Source of the DNA: Eutreptiella sp. 'Long Island Sound 2002'
Taxonomy: Eukaryota > Protista > Euglenida
Length of the DNA: 64,000 nucleotides
Assembly: GCA_964036045.1 (NCBI GenBank)
Contig: OZ038378.1
Location: 34,038,001-34,102,000, forward strand
Direction of reading: 5' to 3'
A program made the position numbers and the translations under genes. Shown here piece after piece: positions 46,400 through 59,099 of the stretch. Positions within the stretch are counted from its first letter, which is position 1, and each line of letters opens with the position of its first letter. The notes below the pieces were generated by a model. The model saw nothing but the letters and a program-made list of their open reading frames with translations. It was not told the origin of the DNA and did not search any database.

Positions 46400-47776
46400 A
46401 TGCTGAGCATCCCCAAATATCGTGAGCAATATGCTCAGCTTTTTCCTGCCATTTTTTACGTTCTATGCTTTGCGTTCCAGCACCATGTGACGCAGACCCT
46501 GTTCGTAGGCCCCAGGGGCAATGGTACAGTCAGCACTGTGCACGTGTACGACATGTGCAATGTGTCGTACGTGTGCTACAGCACTAGCACCTGCATCCCA
46601 CTGTGCAGGTACAATGATTTCCTAATCTGCTTGGGAATGGTACGTCCCATGCAGGTAGACGGGACATGGGACAAGCGCCACGTTGCGTACAACAAGTACA
46701 TGGCGTCCCTACTCCCCTGGGAAATCTACTACCGTCTACAAAGGTTATTACGGACCGATGTGACGGATTTGATTGAGGAGTGCAACGCGACATGGAGCGC
46801 TGCATGGAAAATTGGTGGGGCGGTTTGTGGGGACGAGGCTGTCGTTCCCCATAGTGGTGGCCGACGCCTGGGGCTACAGCAATACATTGCCCGTAAGCCC
46901 CATTCTACGGGCATCAAATTATTCGTACTTGCGGGCGATGGGGGGGGCTACGTCTTCGACGTCTATTTCTATAACGGGCGTCGCGGCAAGGTCCGCCGCT
47001 TTGGGTCATGTTGCGGCAAGTACGACGCTAAGGGTATCATGCGTCTATGGGCGAGGACGATCCCTCAGTCCACCGTCCTTTGTGCGGACAGATTCTTCGG
47101 AAGTCATGGGCTTGCCGAGGAATTCGCGGCCCAACGTCGGCCGTTTCTCATGCTTTCAAAGCGTGATAAGCGAGATGCCGGCCTTACAAGGGCAGCCGCC
47201 CTTACCCAGGAGGGCGACATGGCACGGGCAATTGTGGCCGACAAGAACTATGAACTTGCCATGTACAAGAACCCGAAGGTGGGGCACAAACCCCCACGCT
47301 TGGTTCCCTTCCTTACCAATTGTTGGTATGGGGATGCCCAAAGACCGGAGAGGGAACCCTCTCTCTCCGGTCGTAGCGTCTACCGGGAGTTCTCCCGTGC
47401 CGTAGATGGGGCCAACCAAATGGCGCTGCAAATGCGCCAACTGGGGAGGCTATTGACCTGGAGCCACGCTGTGCGTGCGTTCATGGTGCGGTACGCGGCC
47501 GGGAATGCCTTTGCCACCGCCAAGGCATTGGGATTGGTGGACCAGAAGACCACCATATGGGAATTCTGATGGGACAACCTCAAGCAGCGGTACTTTAGCG
47601 GCGCGGAGTTCAAGAACACAACGCCAACCGCTGCGGTCCCTACGGTGCATGCACCGAAGCGCCTTGCCAGCCGCCTCTTGTGCACGCATTGCCGCAACGG
47701 GATTACGCGTTGGGCGTGTGGAGCGTGCGGGAAGCACATGCACATCAAGTGCTTCAAGGACGCCCACGACGTGTAG
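46400..47776 (+). mobile_element. piggyBac-superfamily transposase (DDD triad plus C-terminal Cys-rich domain), one premature TGA
   Basis: CGDEAVVPHSG..QQYIARKPHSTGIKLFVLA..GYVFDVYFYNG; LCADRFFGS; RAVDGANQM..TWSH; TGA at 47567, then in-frame CTHCRNGITRWACGACGKHMHIKCFKDAH-TAG at 47774. Possible 54-nt intron 46555-46608. Confidence 0.92.
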
Positions 47777-48168
47777 TCTGTCTTGGGCATGGTGGGGCGG
47801 AACGAAGCGGTCAAGGCAGCGGAGGCCTCTGCCATCCCTACGCATGGGACCAGTGCGAACCCTGGTGGAACAACCGCGTAGGCTGGATACCCAACTGTGA
47901 GGACGCCCCCCCCTCCCAATCGTGGTACTTTGTTACACAACACGTCGTGCGTGTCGTACGTGTTGCGCGCGTATTGCATGCGTGGCTCTCCATGTGTCCC
48001 CGGAGCCACACTCATTCGTTCTGCGCGTTCCGGACGTTGTGCGCGTCGTAGAACCTTTTTTTAAATTCGTCCAGAACGCCTGGAACGTTTCATGTGTCTC
48101 TCGTCACAAATCATTTCTCCGTAGACTAAGGAACATTTGTCCCCCGTGGCCAATTTGCTGCCCCCCCC

Positions 48169-50327
48169 CCCCTTGTCCTTGTGGTTAGGGTTTGGGAGGG
48201 GATGCCCCATTCTTTGTGCAAGCTTCTTTAGGATGATGGAAATGAAGATTTGCGAATTAATAGAGGAAAAGGTTGTAGGTATGTATGTGCATGTGTGTGT
48301 TTGTGTGTTCATCGCTTGCACCTGGGTTGTAGTTGGCACATTGCCCCAAAGCAGATATAGGGGCTAGTTCCAACTTCATTGGCTACCCCCCCCCCCCCTT
48401 CACATTGTGGTGTGTAGGATTGTGATGTTTGGGGTTGTGGTGTCTGTGGATGTGTTGGGGGGGAGGAGGCTGTGGTGTGTGGGTGTGTGGTTTGCTGGGC
48501 TGTGTTGTGAGGCTGGGTGGGTATCAGGGCTGCGGTGTGTGGGCCTGTGGTGCGTTGGTTGTGGTGTGTGTGGATGTGGTTTTTGGGGCTGTGGTGTGTT
48601 GGGGTGTGGTTTCTAGTGTTGTGGTCTGTGGCACTGTGGGGGCCAGAGGGGGTTTCCAGAGCTGTGGTATTTGGGGGTGTGGTGGTAGGTGCTGTGGGTT
48701 GTGGAGGACTGGTTTCCAAGGCTGTGGTATGCGGGGGTGTGGTGTTGGCTGCTGTGGAGTGTAGGGCTATGGTGTGTGGGCTGCGGTATGCGAGGTTGTG
48801 GTGTTGGGTGCTGTGGTATGGCACTGTAGGGCTGTGGGTCAAAACGCCTCCCATACCCCCCCCCCCCTCCACTCCAGGTCCCCAGCCCCACACTTGGACA
48901 ACCGCTTAAAGTGCGGCCTAGCGTCTGTTTTCGCCAAGTGAATTTTTGAAGGGGTCCAATTAATATCTGTAGATTAATATTCAATGTCACTTTTAACATT
49001 TGGAACGCCGGACGAAAAATAAACATTAACCTCCAGATATTAAACCTGGTAGTCGAAAAATTAACTTGACAGATTGGGGGCAGTGCGGGGTTTGGTGTGT
49101 GCGCCTGTCCTGTTGAGGTGTCTAAGGTGTCATGCTGGGGTGTGTGGGGTTGTGGGGGGTGGGCATATGGTGTGTTGGGCTGTGCTTTGTGGAGCTGCGG
49201 TGTAAAGGGTTGTGGTGTAGGCAGCTGTGGTGTTTGGGGCAGTGGGTAGTGTGTTGGGCTGCAGGGTGTTGGGCTGCAGGGTGTGGGCTTTGGCGCGCCG
49301 GTTTGTGATGGTTCGGGATGTTGGGGATGGGTCTTTGGGCTGTGGTGCTGCTGTATAAGGGATCACACCACACAGCCCCCACGGCCCCATCCCCCACAGC
49401 ACCACCTCCCATAGCCGCAAGCACCACAACCTAGCACGCCACAACCCCGGGCCCTGTAGCCCCACGCCCTGCAGCCCAAAACACCACGGCCGAACACCCA
49501 TAGGACCACACCCCACACACCCCACACACCACCCACCACACACCCCGCACACCACACACCACAGCCCCACAGGGGCTGCGGGGTGTTGCGCTGCTGGTGT
49601 GGGGCTGTGCTGTGTGGGCCTGTGGGGCTTTGGCGTGTGGGGTTGTGGTGTGTGGGGTAGTGAGGTGTGGGCCTATGGGGTTTTGGTTTGTGGTGTGCGG
49701 TGGTGTGGCCACCCCTGCACGTGTCACACGCAAAAAAAAGACAACACCCGAAAAATTAAACTTTTGGACCCTGCAATTAATATTTGTAGGTTAATATTAT
49801 CGGACGAAATAATGATTAATATATTAAATATTAATGGTCGCTCGCGTTGATGTTAACCTATAGATGTTAATATCACCAATTCAAATGTTAACTTTAAAGA
49901 AAAAGGCATAATACACAATGACACACCCCAGGTGGGCATGCACACCTTTGGTGCCTCACCATTCGGGGGCCTGGCAGGGGGGGGGGACTTCGGGGGCTCT
50001 TGGGGGATCAGGGGGGGGGGGGTTGCACGGGCTGTGGGCACCACATACACCAACCCGGTGGCCAAGTTTGATCTTTGGGTGGGGGAGGGGTCGCCGTGGG
50101 GGGGTTTGTCAAGGCTTTTTCACCCACAGCCCTAAAAACCACATCGCCACACACCACAGCCCTAGAAACCACACACCCCAGACCAAGCCCCCCCCCCCCC
50201 CCAGACCTCCCCCACAGCCCCAAGCGTCACCCCCTCACACACCACTATTCCAAGGGGGGGGGGTCAACAATGAATCCAAAATTAGCCCCTTTATTTGCTT
50301 TGGGGCAATCTGCATGCTGCGAAAACA

Positions 50328-50368
<41 letters not shown>

Positions 50369-50491
50369 CTACAACTTTCTGCGACTTTTTCCATCATGAA
50401 TCTTCATGTCCACCAACTCAAAAAAACGTGCAAAAAACGTGGAAAAAGAAAAGGGCATACCCTCTCGAACCTTAACCAGTAGGGCAAGGGG
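48169..50491. mobile_element. Foldback/MITE-like element with ~300-bp imperfect terminal inverted repeats and TG/CA-rich internal repeats
   Basis: ccccttgtccttgtggttagggtttgggaggggatgccccattc (48169-48212) is the inverse of gggcataccctctcgaaccttaaccagtagggcaagggg (50452-50491); pairing continues through (TG)n/(CA)n and the GCCCCAAAGCA..GGGGCTA motif to ~48470/50170. Confidence 0.8.
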
Positions 50492-50899
50492 AGGATAGAG
50501 GAAGGAGGAAAGAGGGACGTGTGTGCGAGGCGATGGGTGTATGGGGGTGCCAATATGATTGGCAGTGTGTGTGTGTATGTTTTTCTTGGAAGGGCGCACC
50601 AGGAAAAGGTGCATAGATGCTCCATATTTGATATATAGAGCACACTTTGGGCGCCACCAATGAGGCGGCACACTAGGGGCTAGTAACCCCCGATGACCAA
50701 CTCATCGCGCACACATGGTTGCCTAATAAAATTTCTTGCAGCCATGAATAGGCTGCAATGTACGTGGAAAAAAAATTTCATTTTTGCATTAATTTTGGGA
50801 GGCCAAAATTAGATTAATTTTGCAGTTGTGATTAATATTTGCCAAATATTAAATATTAACCTCGAGAATCTAACGCAAAAACTAAAGCCAAAGAGAAAG

Positions 50900-51626
50900 G
50901 GCCGTATACCAGGGAGTTTTGGGACCATATAATCGCTAGCGCGGCCATGTCCTTGTACCCTCATACGGCCATGCCAATCACCCATAGGTAGGCGGGTGGT
51001 GGGCCCCGTGCGCCGTGGTCGAGGAGCCCAATGGAAAGTTGGGTCCAACTTCCACTGGCGCACGGGTAAGCATCCCCACGGAGGAGGAAAGTGAGCGGCC
51101 GCTTCCAATCAACCACAAGTGGTGGACGGGATTGGATGCAGCGGGCCCCCGATTGCAACGGCCAAGAGCGGCCGCTGCTGGGGGGATCCGCCACGGACAA
51201 GGGTCGATCGAGCACAAGCGGCTTGACCAACTCCTTCCATGTGTCCATGAAGCGGTCACGTGAAGGGATGGGGCGGGGGAATCGGAGGCCCGTTGCGGCG
51301 GTGTACGCGGCCCCCCGGCGGCTCATGAACTCCGACACATGCCGGAAGCCGCCCTTGGGGATATTCAAGTCCATAAGTAACTCAATCAAATCAGGTGCGG
51401 TGAAGAGGACGGAGGCATATTGCTTCACGGCCTCTATTTGTTTGCTGCGGATGTTGGGGAGTTGGGCAACCTCGGTGGCCTCGTGCCACCGGGCCTTGGC
51501 CAAAGGGGATGAGGCCACCCACCCACCAAGGAGTTGGGAGACCAAAGGGTCCCGCAAACTCTTGGCCCCACTCAAACGCGTGAGCGTCATACTAAGCTGG
51601 AGAAGCGTGTCATAAGAGAAAGGCAT
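50900..51626 (-). pseudogene. Putative DDE transposase fragment (Transib/RAG1-like arrangement suspected)
   Basis: 221-aa ORF: LLMDLNIPKGGFRHVSEFM..FPRPIPSRDRF..LTFLLRGDAYP..WTQLSIGLL..LWVIGMAV*GYKDMAAL; flanked by AT-rich TTAATATT islands. Confidence 0.4.
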
Positions 51627-51860
51627 AACAAGAGCTACACAAGGGAAAAAGGAGGTTGGGAAGAGGGTGAGTGGGGGGACCGGAGAGGGATGTGTGGGGC
51701 TACATAACCACCCATAGCCATAGGACTATGCAACCCCTGTAGCTACCTGTTGGGCACCCTGTGACCACTCAAACACTTCAAATGGGCATGGTACGCGCAC
51801 AAGCAAAGCGGGGCAAATGTGCCAAAATGAGGTTAACGTGTTAATATTTGACAGGTTAAT

Positions 51861-52040
51861 TTTTACACCCTTTCTTATGTTATAGAATAAAATTAACCGT
51901 ATTGGTTTTAACGTAGGTCTCGAGGGCAATCTTTAGACCAAGTTTTAAAATTTTTACACCCTTTCTTATGTTATAGATTAAAATTAACCATATTGGTTTT
52001 AACGTAGGTCTCGAGGGCAATCTTTAGACCAAGTTTTAAA
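51861..52040 (+). repeat. 91-bp tandem duplication, AT-rich
   Basis: ttttacaccctttcttatgttataga..tctttagaccaagttttaaaa at 51861 and 51952. Confidence 0.95.
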
Positions 52041-53238
52041 AGAGAGGCCCTATCCTACTCTCCAACATTTCTACAAAGGGGCGGAGTGGTGTTGCTATCG
52101 CCTATCATGAAGGCCGGATACACGTGACTAGCTAGACCTAGGCGTGCATGTTCCTCGACGTCACGCTCACCGATCCGGATGTACTGGAACACAATTGTGT
52201 GCTTACCACTTTCACCATGATGCCAATATCGGAATCGCACAATGGGATAATCAGGTTTCCTAGTCCCACCTTGTCCCGTTGGTTTTTCTTTCCCACTACA
52301 ATACAGTGGCCCTTCCCTCCAGGGACGTGTCTTGCCCTTGGAACAATCGTGAAACGTCTTGCGCCTCTGACGCCAGGCGTAAGGAACTACAATTCATCTC
52401 GGACCAAAGAATTCTTGCTACATTCGTCTGCCCCCATGCGGGACAGTTGGATGACCTCCCTCTTGGTGACTGAACTTGGGGTTCCCCTCCCATCAAACGG
52501 TGCCCAAACAACGTACTGTGACCGTTGCGGCCCACCGGAACAAAGTAGAACTTCCAAATGTTGCGGTTGAGTTGCAGCGCAGAAATGATCTTATCATGCT
52601 CCCCTCCTCTTTTCAATGAGACATTCAAGAATGTTTTCCAAGTTTTTTAGCCAATTCCACTCAGAAGGCGGTTGTCCTCATCCTCCGTACATCCCCCGGA
52701 AATGGCTCCAACCGTAAGCGGTCCCCAGTGTCCTTTCTTGACCGTTTTGACACACTGACAAGCATTGCAGGAAAGCTCCAAAATATTTCCTCCACTGGTT
52801 TGATAGGATTGGAGGTCTTGTCCTTCATCAGAGCCGAGGCACTAATTTTTGAGAAAGGTATCCCAGAAGCACAAGTGCTCCTTCGGGAGTCCACGATCTA
52901 GCGCCTAGCCCTTGGTGCCGATAATTTTCTCTCTTCTCTCTCTTTCTCGAGCAAGGCACGGGGGGGGGGGGGCGGCCCGGCCAGGTCCTTTTATGCGACC
53001 CCCCCCCCCAAGCCCCCCCCCCCCCCCCGGGTTTTGAAGGATAGTGGTGCCGGGTCGGCCACCAACAAGTGTCGCTAGAAAAGGCTGTCCGGCGCCAAAG
53101 GCGCCAACTTTTTTTCCATACTATGTGTTCATACTCAAAATGCTCAAATTTTTGTAGAGAATTCATATTTGTGTTAAAACAACAAGGAACAATTTCGACT
53201 TGAAGGAGGGCTACAGGAGGACAGCAGGCCCTATCAGC

Positions 53239-56200
53239 AACCCTAACCCTAGCCCTAACCCTAATCAAGACTGAATATTGGGACCGACCTGGTGGGGGGG
53301 GGAACATTAGCTATGACTGGTGCAGGACATCAAGAATGATTCACACATTGATGACTCTTAACAAAGTGAAATCAGCTTGCAAGTCAACCCCATCACCACG
53401 AGGTCCACTTTCAAGGCTTTTTGGACTTCTGAGGGGCCAAAATGCCCCAAAATGGGCTCAAAATGGGCTCATTTCACCCGTTTGTGCACCCCAAATGGTC
53501 TAGGATAGTTTTTGGAAAAACTCGTTTTTGACCCATTCTTGAGCCATTTTTGGTCCCAAAACAGCTCATTTTCAAGGCATTTTGGGATTTTCGGAGGACC
53601 AAAATGGGTCACCACAAGCTCAAAATGGTCCAAAAACACTTGTTTTAGCGTCGCACATGGGGTAGCATCATTTTTGAGAAAAGTCATCTTTTTGCCTCTA
53701 CTAGACCCTAATGACCCATTTGGGCACCCACCTGTTTGGGCTTGAGCTTGCTGCTTGCCGGAGCCTAGTGGGCCTAAGTACGGGGGTCTAGGCGTCCGTT
53801 TGGGCAATTCTAAGGGGTGGAAACCACAAAAAGTGGGGGTTGCGGGTGGAGTAGGTGCCCTCGGAATCGCATTTTGAGCCATGTAGCCAAAGATATGGCC
53901 TATTCTTGGTTTGTGGCTGTCGGCATTTGAAGCTTCTGGGGGCCTTTTTGGGCCGTTTCCGGGACATGTCATGGAGTTAGAGGGCGGCAAAGAGCTCGTT
54001 GACACAGGGAAGTCAAGCCGCACGTGCAGGGTAGCCACCGTTTCCCTTCAATTGGCCGTTTTGAATGTGTTCTAGGGCTTTTTAAGCCCAAAAATGGCTG
54101 TTTTTGGCCCTAAAGTGCAGTTTTTGAAACTGAGGTCCGCGCACTTGCAAATCCGGTTCCCGGCCGCCACCGTTGAGTTTCTCGCTCAAACTTTGTGTGA
54201 TTGTACTTCACACCCATAGGTATCATCCACCAAAATTTCAGTCGAATGTGAACCCCCAGGACGGAGTTTCGATTTTTACCCATTTCGTGCGTGCTGCTGC
54301 TTGCTGCTTGCTGCTGCTGCTTGCTGCTGCTGCTGCTTGCTGCTGCTGCTGCTGCTAAACGTGGTAGGTCCACCCTAGACAGTAAAAAGGGTTATAAAAC
54401 CAAGACTGGTTCCACCAGCTCAGTGACCCTAGCCCTAATCAAGACTGAATATTGGGACCGAGCTGGTGGGGGAGGGAACATTAGATATGAATGGTGATGG
54501 ACATCAAGAATGATTCACACATTGATGGCCCTTGACAAAGTGAAATGCACCTGAACCCCATCACCACGAGGCCCACTTTCAAGGCTTTTTGGACTTCTCA
54601 GGGGCCAAAATGCCCCAAAATAGGCTCAAAATGGGCTCATTTCACCCTTTTGTGCACCCCAAATGGTCTACGATGAGTTTTGGAAAAATGTGTTTTTGAC
54701 CCATTTTTGACCCATTTTTGGTCCCAAAACAGCCCATTTTCAAGGCATTTTGGGATTTTTGGAGGACCCAAATGGGCCACCACAAGCTCAAAACAGTCCA
54801 AAAACACTTGTTTTAGCGTCGCACATGGTCTAGGATCATTTTTGCGGAAAGTCATATTTTTACCCCTTTCGGACCCTGTTGACCCATTTGGGTACCCACC
54901 TGTTTGGGCTTGCGCTTGCAGCTTGCCACAGCCTAGTGGGCCTAGTTATTGGGGTTTAGGCGTCCGTTTGGGCAATTCTCAGGGGTGGAAACCACAAAAC
55001 GTGGGGGGTTGCGGGTGGAGTAGGTGCCCTTGGAATCGCATTTTGAGCCATGTAGCCAAAGATATGGCCTATTCTTGGTTCGTGGCTATTGGCATTTGGA
55101 GCTTTTGGGGACCTTTTTGGGCCGCTTACGCGGCATATCATGGAGTTAGAGGGCCGGAAAGAGCTCGTTGACATGGAGAAGTCAAGCGGCACGTGGAGTG
55201 TACCCACCGTTTCCCTTCGTTTGGCCGTTTTGAATGTGTTCCAGGGCATTTTTGGCCCAAAAATGGCTGTTTTTGGCCCTAAACTGCAGTTTTTGAAATT
55301 GAGGTCCGCCACTTGCGAATCCCGTTCCCGGCCGCCACCGTTGAGTTTCTTGCTCAAACTTTGTGTGATTGTACTTCACACCCATAGGTATCATGCACCA
55401 AAATTTCACCCGAATCTGAAGCACCACGACGGAAATCTGATTTTTACCCATTTCGCGCGTGCTGCTGCTTGCTGCTTGCTGCTGCTTGCTGCTGCTGCTG
55501 CTAAACCTGGTAGGTCCACCCTAGACACTAAAAAGGGTTATAAAACCAAGACTGGTTCCACCAGCTCAGTGACCCTAACCCTAACCAAAATGCCCCAAAA
55601 TGGGCTCAAAATAGGCTCATTTCACCCGTTTGTGCACCCCAAATGGTCTAGGATGATTTTTGGAAAAATGCGTTTTTGACCCATTTTTGACCCATTTCTG
55701 GTCCCAAAACAGCCAAATTTCAAGGCATTTTGGGATTTTCGGAGGACCAAAATGGGCCACCACAAGCTCAAAACAGTCCAAAAACACTTGTTTTAGCATC
55801 ACACATGGTCTAGGATCATTTTTGAGAAAAGTCATTTTTCTGCCCCTATTGGACCCTATTGACCCATTTGGGCACCCACCTGTTTGGGCTTGAGCTTGCA
55901 GCTTGCCGCAGCCTACTACGGGGGTCTAGGCGTCCATTTGGGCAATTTTGAGGGGTGGAAACCACAAAACGAGGGGGGTTGCGGGTGGATTAGGTGCCCT
56001 CGGAATCGCGTTTTGAGCCATGTAGCCAAAGATATGGCCTATTCTTGGTTTGTGGCTTTCGCCAGCCAATCTGCACAAAATTTGGGGCTTGTGGGGGCCT
56101 TTTTGGGCCGTTTCCGGGACATATGGTGGAGTCAGAGGGCCGCAAATGGCTCGTTGACACAAGAAAGTCAAGCCGCACATGGAGTGCACCCACCCTTTCC

Positions 56201-56567
56201 CTTTCCTTGGCCGTTTTGAATGGGTTCTAGGGCTCTTTTGGCCCAAAAATGGCTGTTTTTGGCCCTAAATTGCAGTTTTTGAAACTGAGGTCCGCCACTT
56301 GCGACACCCATTCCTGGCCGCCACCGCTGAGTTTCTGGCTCAAACTTTGTGTGGTTGTCCCTCACACCCATAGGTATCATCCACCAAAATTTCAGCCGAA
56401 TGTGAAGCACCACGACGGATGTCTGATTTTTCCCCATTTCGCGCGTGCTGCTTGTTGCTGCTTGCTGCTTGCTGCTGCTGCTAAACCTGGTAGGTCCACC
56501 ATAGACCCTAAAAAGGGTTATAAAACCAAGACTGGTTCCACCAGCTCGGTGACCCTAACCCTAACCC
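53239..56567 (+). repeat. Three head-to-tail ~1.0-1.16-kb units separated by short telomeric (CCCTAA/CCCTAG) runs
   Basis: Telomere-type runs at 53239-53264, 54426-54438, 55572-55586 and 56552-56567. Each unit contains aaaatgccccaaaatgggctc.., a (GCTGCTT)n-type microsatellite, and ends actggttccaccagctc(a/g)gtga. Confidence 0.92.
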
Positions 56568-56879
56568 CCCCCCCCTCACCCCTCGCTGGACGCCCCCCCC
56601 TGACCCCGGGCAAGAACACCCCCCCCCCCGACCCCCCCGCTGGACCCCCCCCGGCTGCCACCCCCCCCCAAGTTTTGAAAGATAGTTGGGGGTTGGGTCG
56701 CATCAGGACCGGTTGTAGTCGGCCCCCGATGAATCAAGGCTACTCTGTTTCACAACCAACTGCCGCGTACAAAAGTATTTCCAATACTGCCGAATAGGAA
56801 AATGCCGACCGCATTGGTCAGTTTGTCCTCGACAAGCTTGAAACAACCATTTGGGACCCACACTCGTCCTAACCGGGGC

Positions 56880-57060
56880 GGAAATATGGTACCTGGGCTT
56901 GCAACTGTAGGTTAAAAGGAAACTTCGTACTCTCCGCAACCGGCAGGGTGTCACCCTGCCCGACAGCAAGTCCATAGCTAACGAAATCCACTCTTTCTGG
57001 TCCGGGACCATGACCTCCACGGGCTAGCCCCGCCCCCAGGTTTCTAGCTACCTAAAGTCG
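56880..57060 (+). pseudogene. Fragment resembling the LINE ORF2 endonuclease-RT linker (L1/Tx1-like)
   Basis: KRKLRTLRNRQGVTLPDSKSIANEIHSFWSGTM..VSSYLKSF read in one frame. Confidence 0.45.
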
Positions 57061-58060
57061 TTTTTTTGGGGGTAAACCACTCAAGGGTATGGCGACAATG
57101 TTCATGACACCATTTTTGTAGGACGTAGTTCACGTTGCGCCTGAGGCATTGAGCTCCACATGTGCCCTGGGTAGTGACGGTTTACGGGGGCCGTGGCGGA
57201 AGCATTTGCATCACACTTTGTTCCAATGGTGATGTTAAACCCCGCTCCAAGGCATTGGGCCTAGTGGGATATGGGACTTCCGTCCTGTAGTACTGCGGAA
57301 TTTATAACACGAATGGATTGCATCCATTGTCTCTCTCCGGCTAGAAGCTTTCATTTCAGCATTCACACCCATCCAACAAGCCGCCACACGCCATTGTACA
57401 AGTACATTTTTGCAACCTCATTTGGCCAGTGTTTGTGGCAGCAGATCAGCACCAACAGCAATCTTCCACTAGCTTTTCAACTTGCGAGCTGAGGTCGCGG
57501 TTGGCACCGTCAACTTGTTGCCATCACTCAAGCTCAATTCCACCTCAAAGTACCCAGAGTTCAAGGGCGCGAAGCATCCCAAGTTATCAGCAAATTTTTC
57601 CTTTCAATATTGCGTTCTTGATTTTTCCGCCAATGCTTTGCGCTCACGACACGTGTGCACTCATATGCCAAACCCAACCTTACACAAGTGTGGGCATGCA
57701 GATGAGAGCACATTGAAGCGACACGGACATTCTCAGGGCACCGTGGGTGCACACTTGGCCCCTTAAGCGTCCTCATAAGCCCTAGTATTCCCAACGCAAA
57801 GTGCCCAAAGGGTTACAGTTTTGGCGAACAAGTGCTCAGGCGGCCACTTACGTGCAAGATTTTCTCGTTTCGGGGGTGTAAACAGAACCCCCAAGTTTTT
57901 GGATTTCGAACGCCTGAAAAGTGACTTTGTAATGAGCATTTGTCGCGGCTAGAGGAAATGTTAGCACTAAGGTCCGGACTCGCTCGGTCTACCACCAAAC
58001 GGAGCACCCTTCGCCGCAGGTAAACACATATCGCTACAAGGGGGGGGGGGTGCTAGTTTT

Positions 58061-58320
58061 TGTACATCCACTGCAGGGCAACGCACTTTTTTCTTCTTCA
58101 AATTACTTGTTTGACCAATGGTTCCGGAGGTATTTGAGAACCATTTTCCAACTCAAAACTGGGCTGCAACGCACCTTTTACAAATTTTTCTAATTTGCCA
58201 ATTTGTGTACATCCAATGCAGCGCGCTTTTTTTCTCAAATTGCTTCTTGGACCAATGGTTTCAGAGGTATTTCGAAACCATTTTCCAACCTAAAGCCGGG
58301 TTCCAACGCACTTTTTAATC
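58061..58320 (+). repeat. ~145-bp diverged tandem duplication
   Basis: tgtacatcca..gaccaatggtt..gaggtattt..accattttccaac at 58061 and 58206. Confidence 0.85.
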
Positions 58321-59099
58321 TTTTTTCAGTTTCACGCCCTTCTCTTTGTTGCACACCTGTCCTTCAGGAGACCAAATTCGCACTGATCAATCATCAGTGA
58401 TATGGTGTGTATTTGAATGAATTGTTGGATCACACTACATTGCAGCGTTTGTGTGTTTGTCTGTCAAAAGTGGATCCATGTGTATTTGTTTGTATTTGTT
58501 TTTTGGGTACACTGATTTATGTTTAAATTGTCGCATCACATGATCCAAACAAAGTTGATGTTCTTTGTGAGAACGATGGTCATGGGTTGCATTCAACTCC
58601 ACTATCCCCCTGTTGCAGTACTTACAGTCCTTCGCGTACGCCTTGTTGATATGGGTACTATCATGGGCCATGGATCTTGTACCATTCCGTTGGTTCTTGG
58701 TACGGTCATGATTCACCTGTGCTGATGACATGGCAGATGGTGCACTGCGAGGCATTGCTTTTGGTGTTTTGGTCAATTGGTCGCTTCAGTGGAGGGGCAA
58801 TCAGCGCCATAGATAATACTAGATATACATTGGGTGATTTTTTGCACTAGAGGAAACAGGTCCAGTTGGGATTCACAACCTCTCAGTGGCACAGTACAAG
58901 CCTACAAGAAGCTTTCAATATGTGGAGACTTATGCGTGCACATTGCTTGCCTCGGTCCAAGCGTCCATTGGGAACAGTGAGCGGGATTGGCTGCAAAGAG
59001 TTGCGTCCCTTGAGCTAAGCTGGAGTGTTTGCAGCTGCGGTTGAGTCTCATGCTCGTCAGGCTTCTGCTGTAGCTGCAACGCTGCAGGAACAATTATGT

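Noticed and set aside
8189-47776. Non-standard genetic code or stop readthrough explaining many in-frame stops
   Set aside because: The same ORFs also carry frameshifts, stops are of all three types and fit C>T/G>A decay, and the three well-supported host exons contain no internal stops.
53239-53264. True telomere or chromosome-fusion site
   Set aside because: Only 2-4 units per run, all in the same orientation, with no head-to-head junction.
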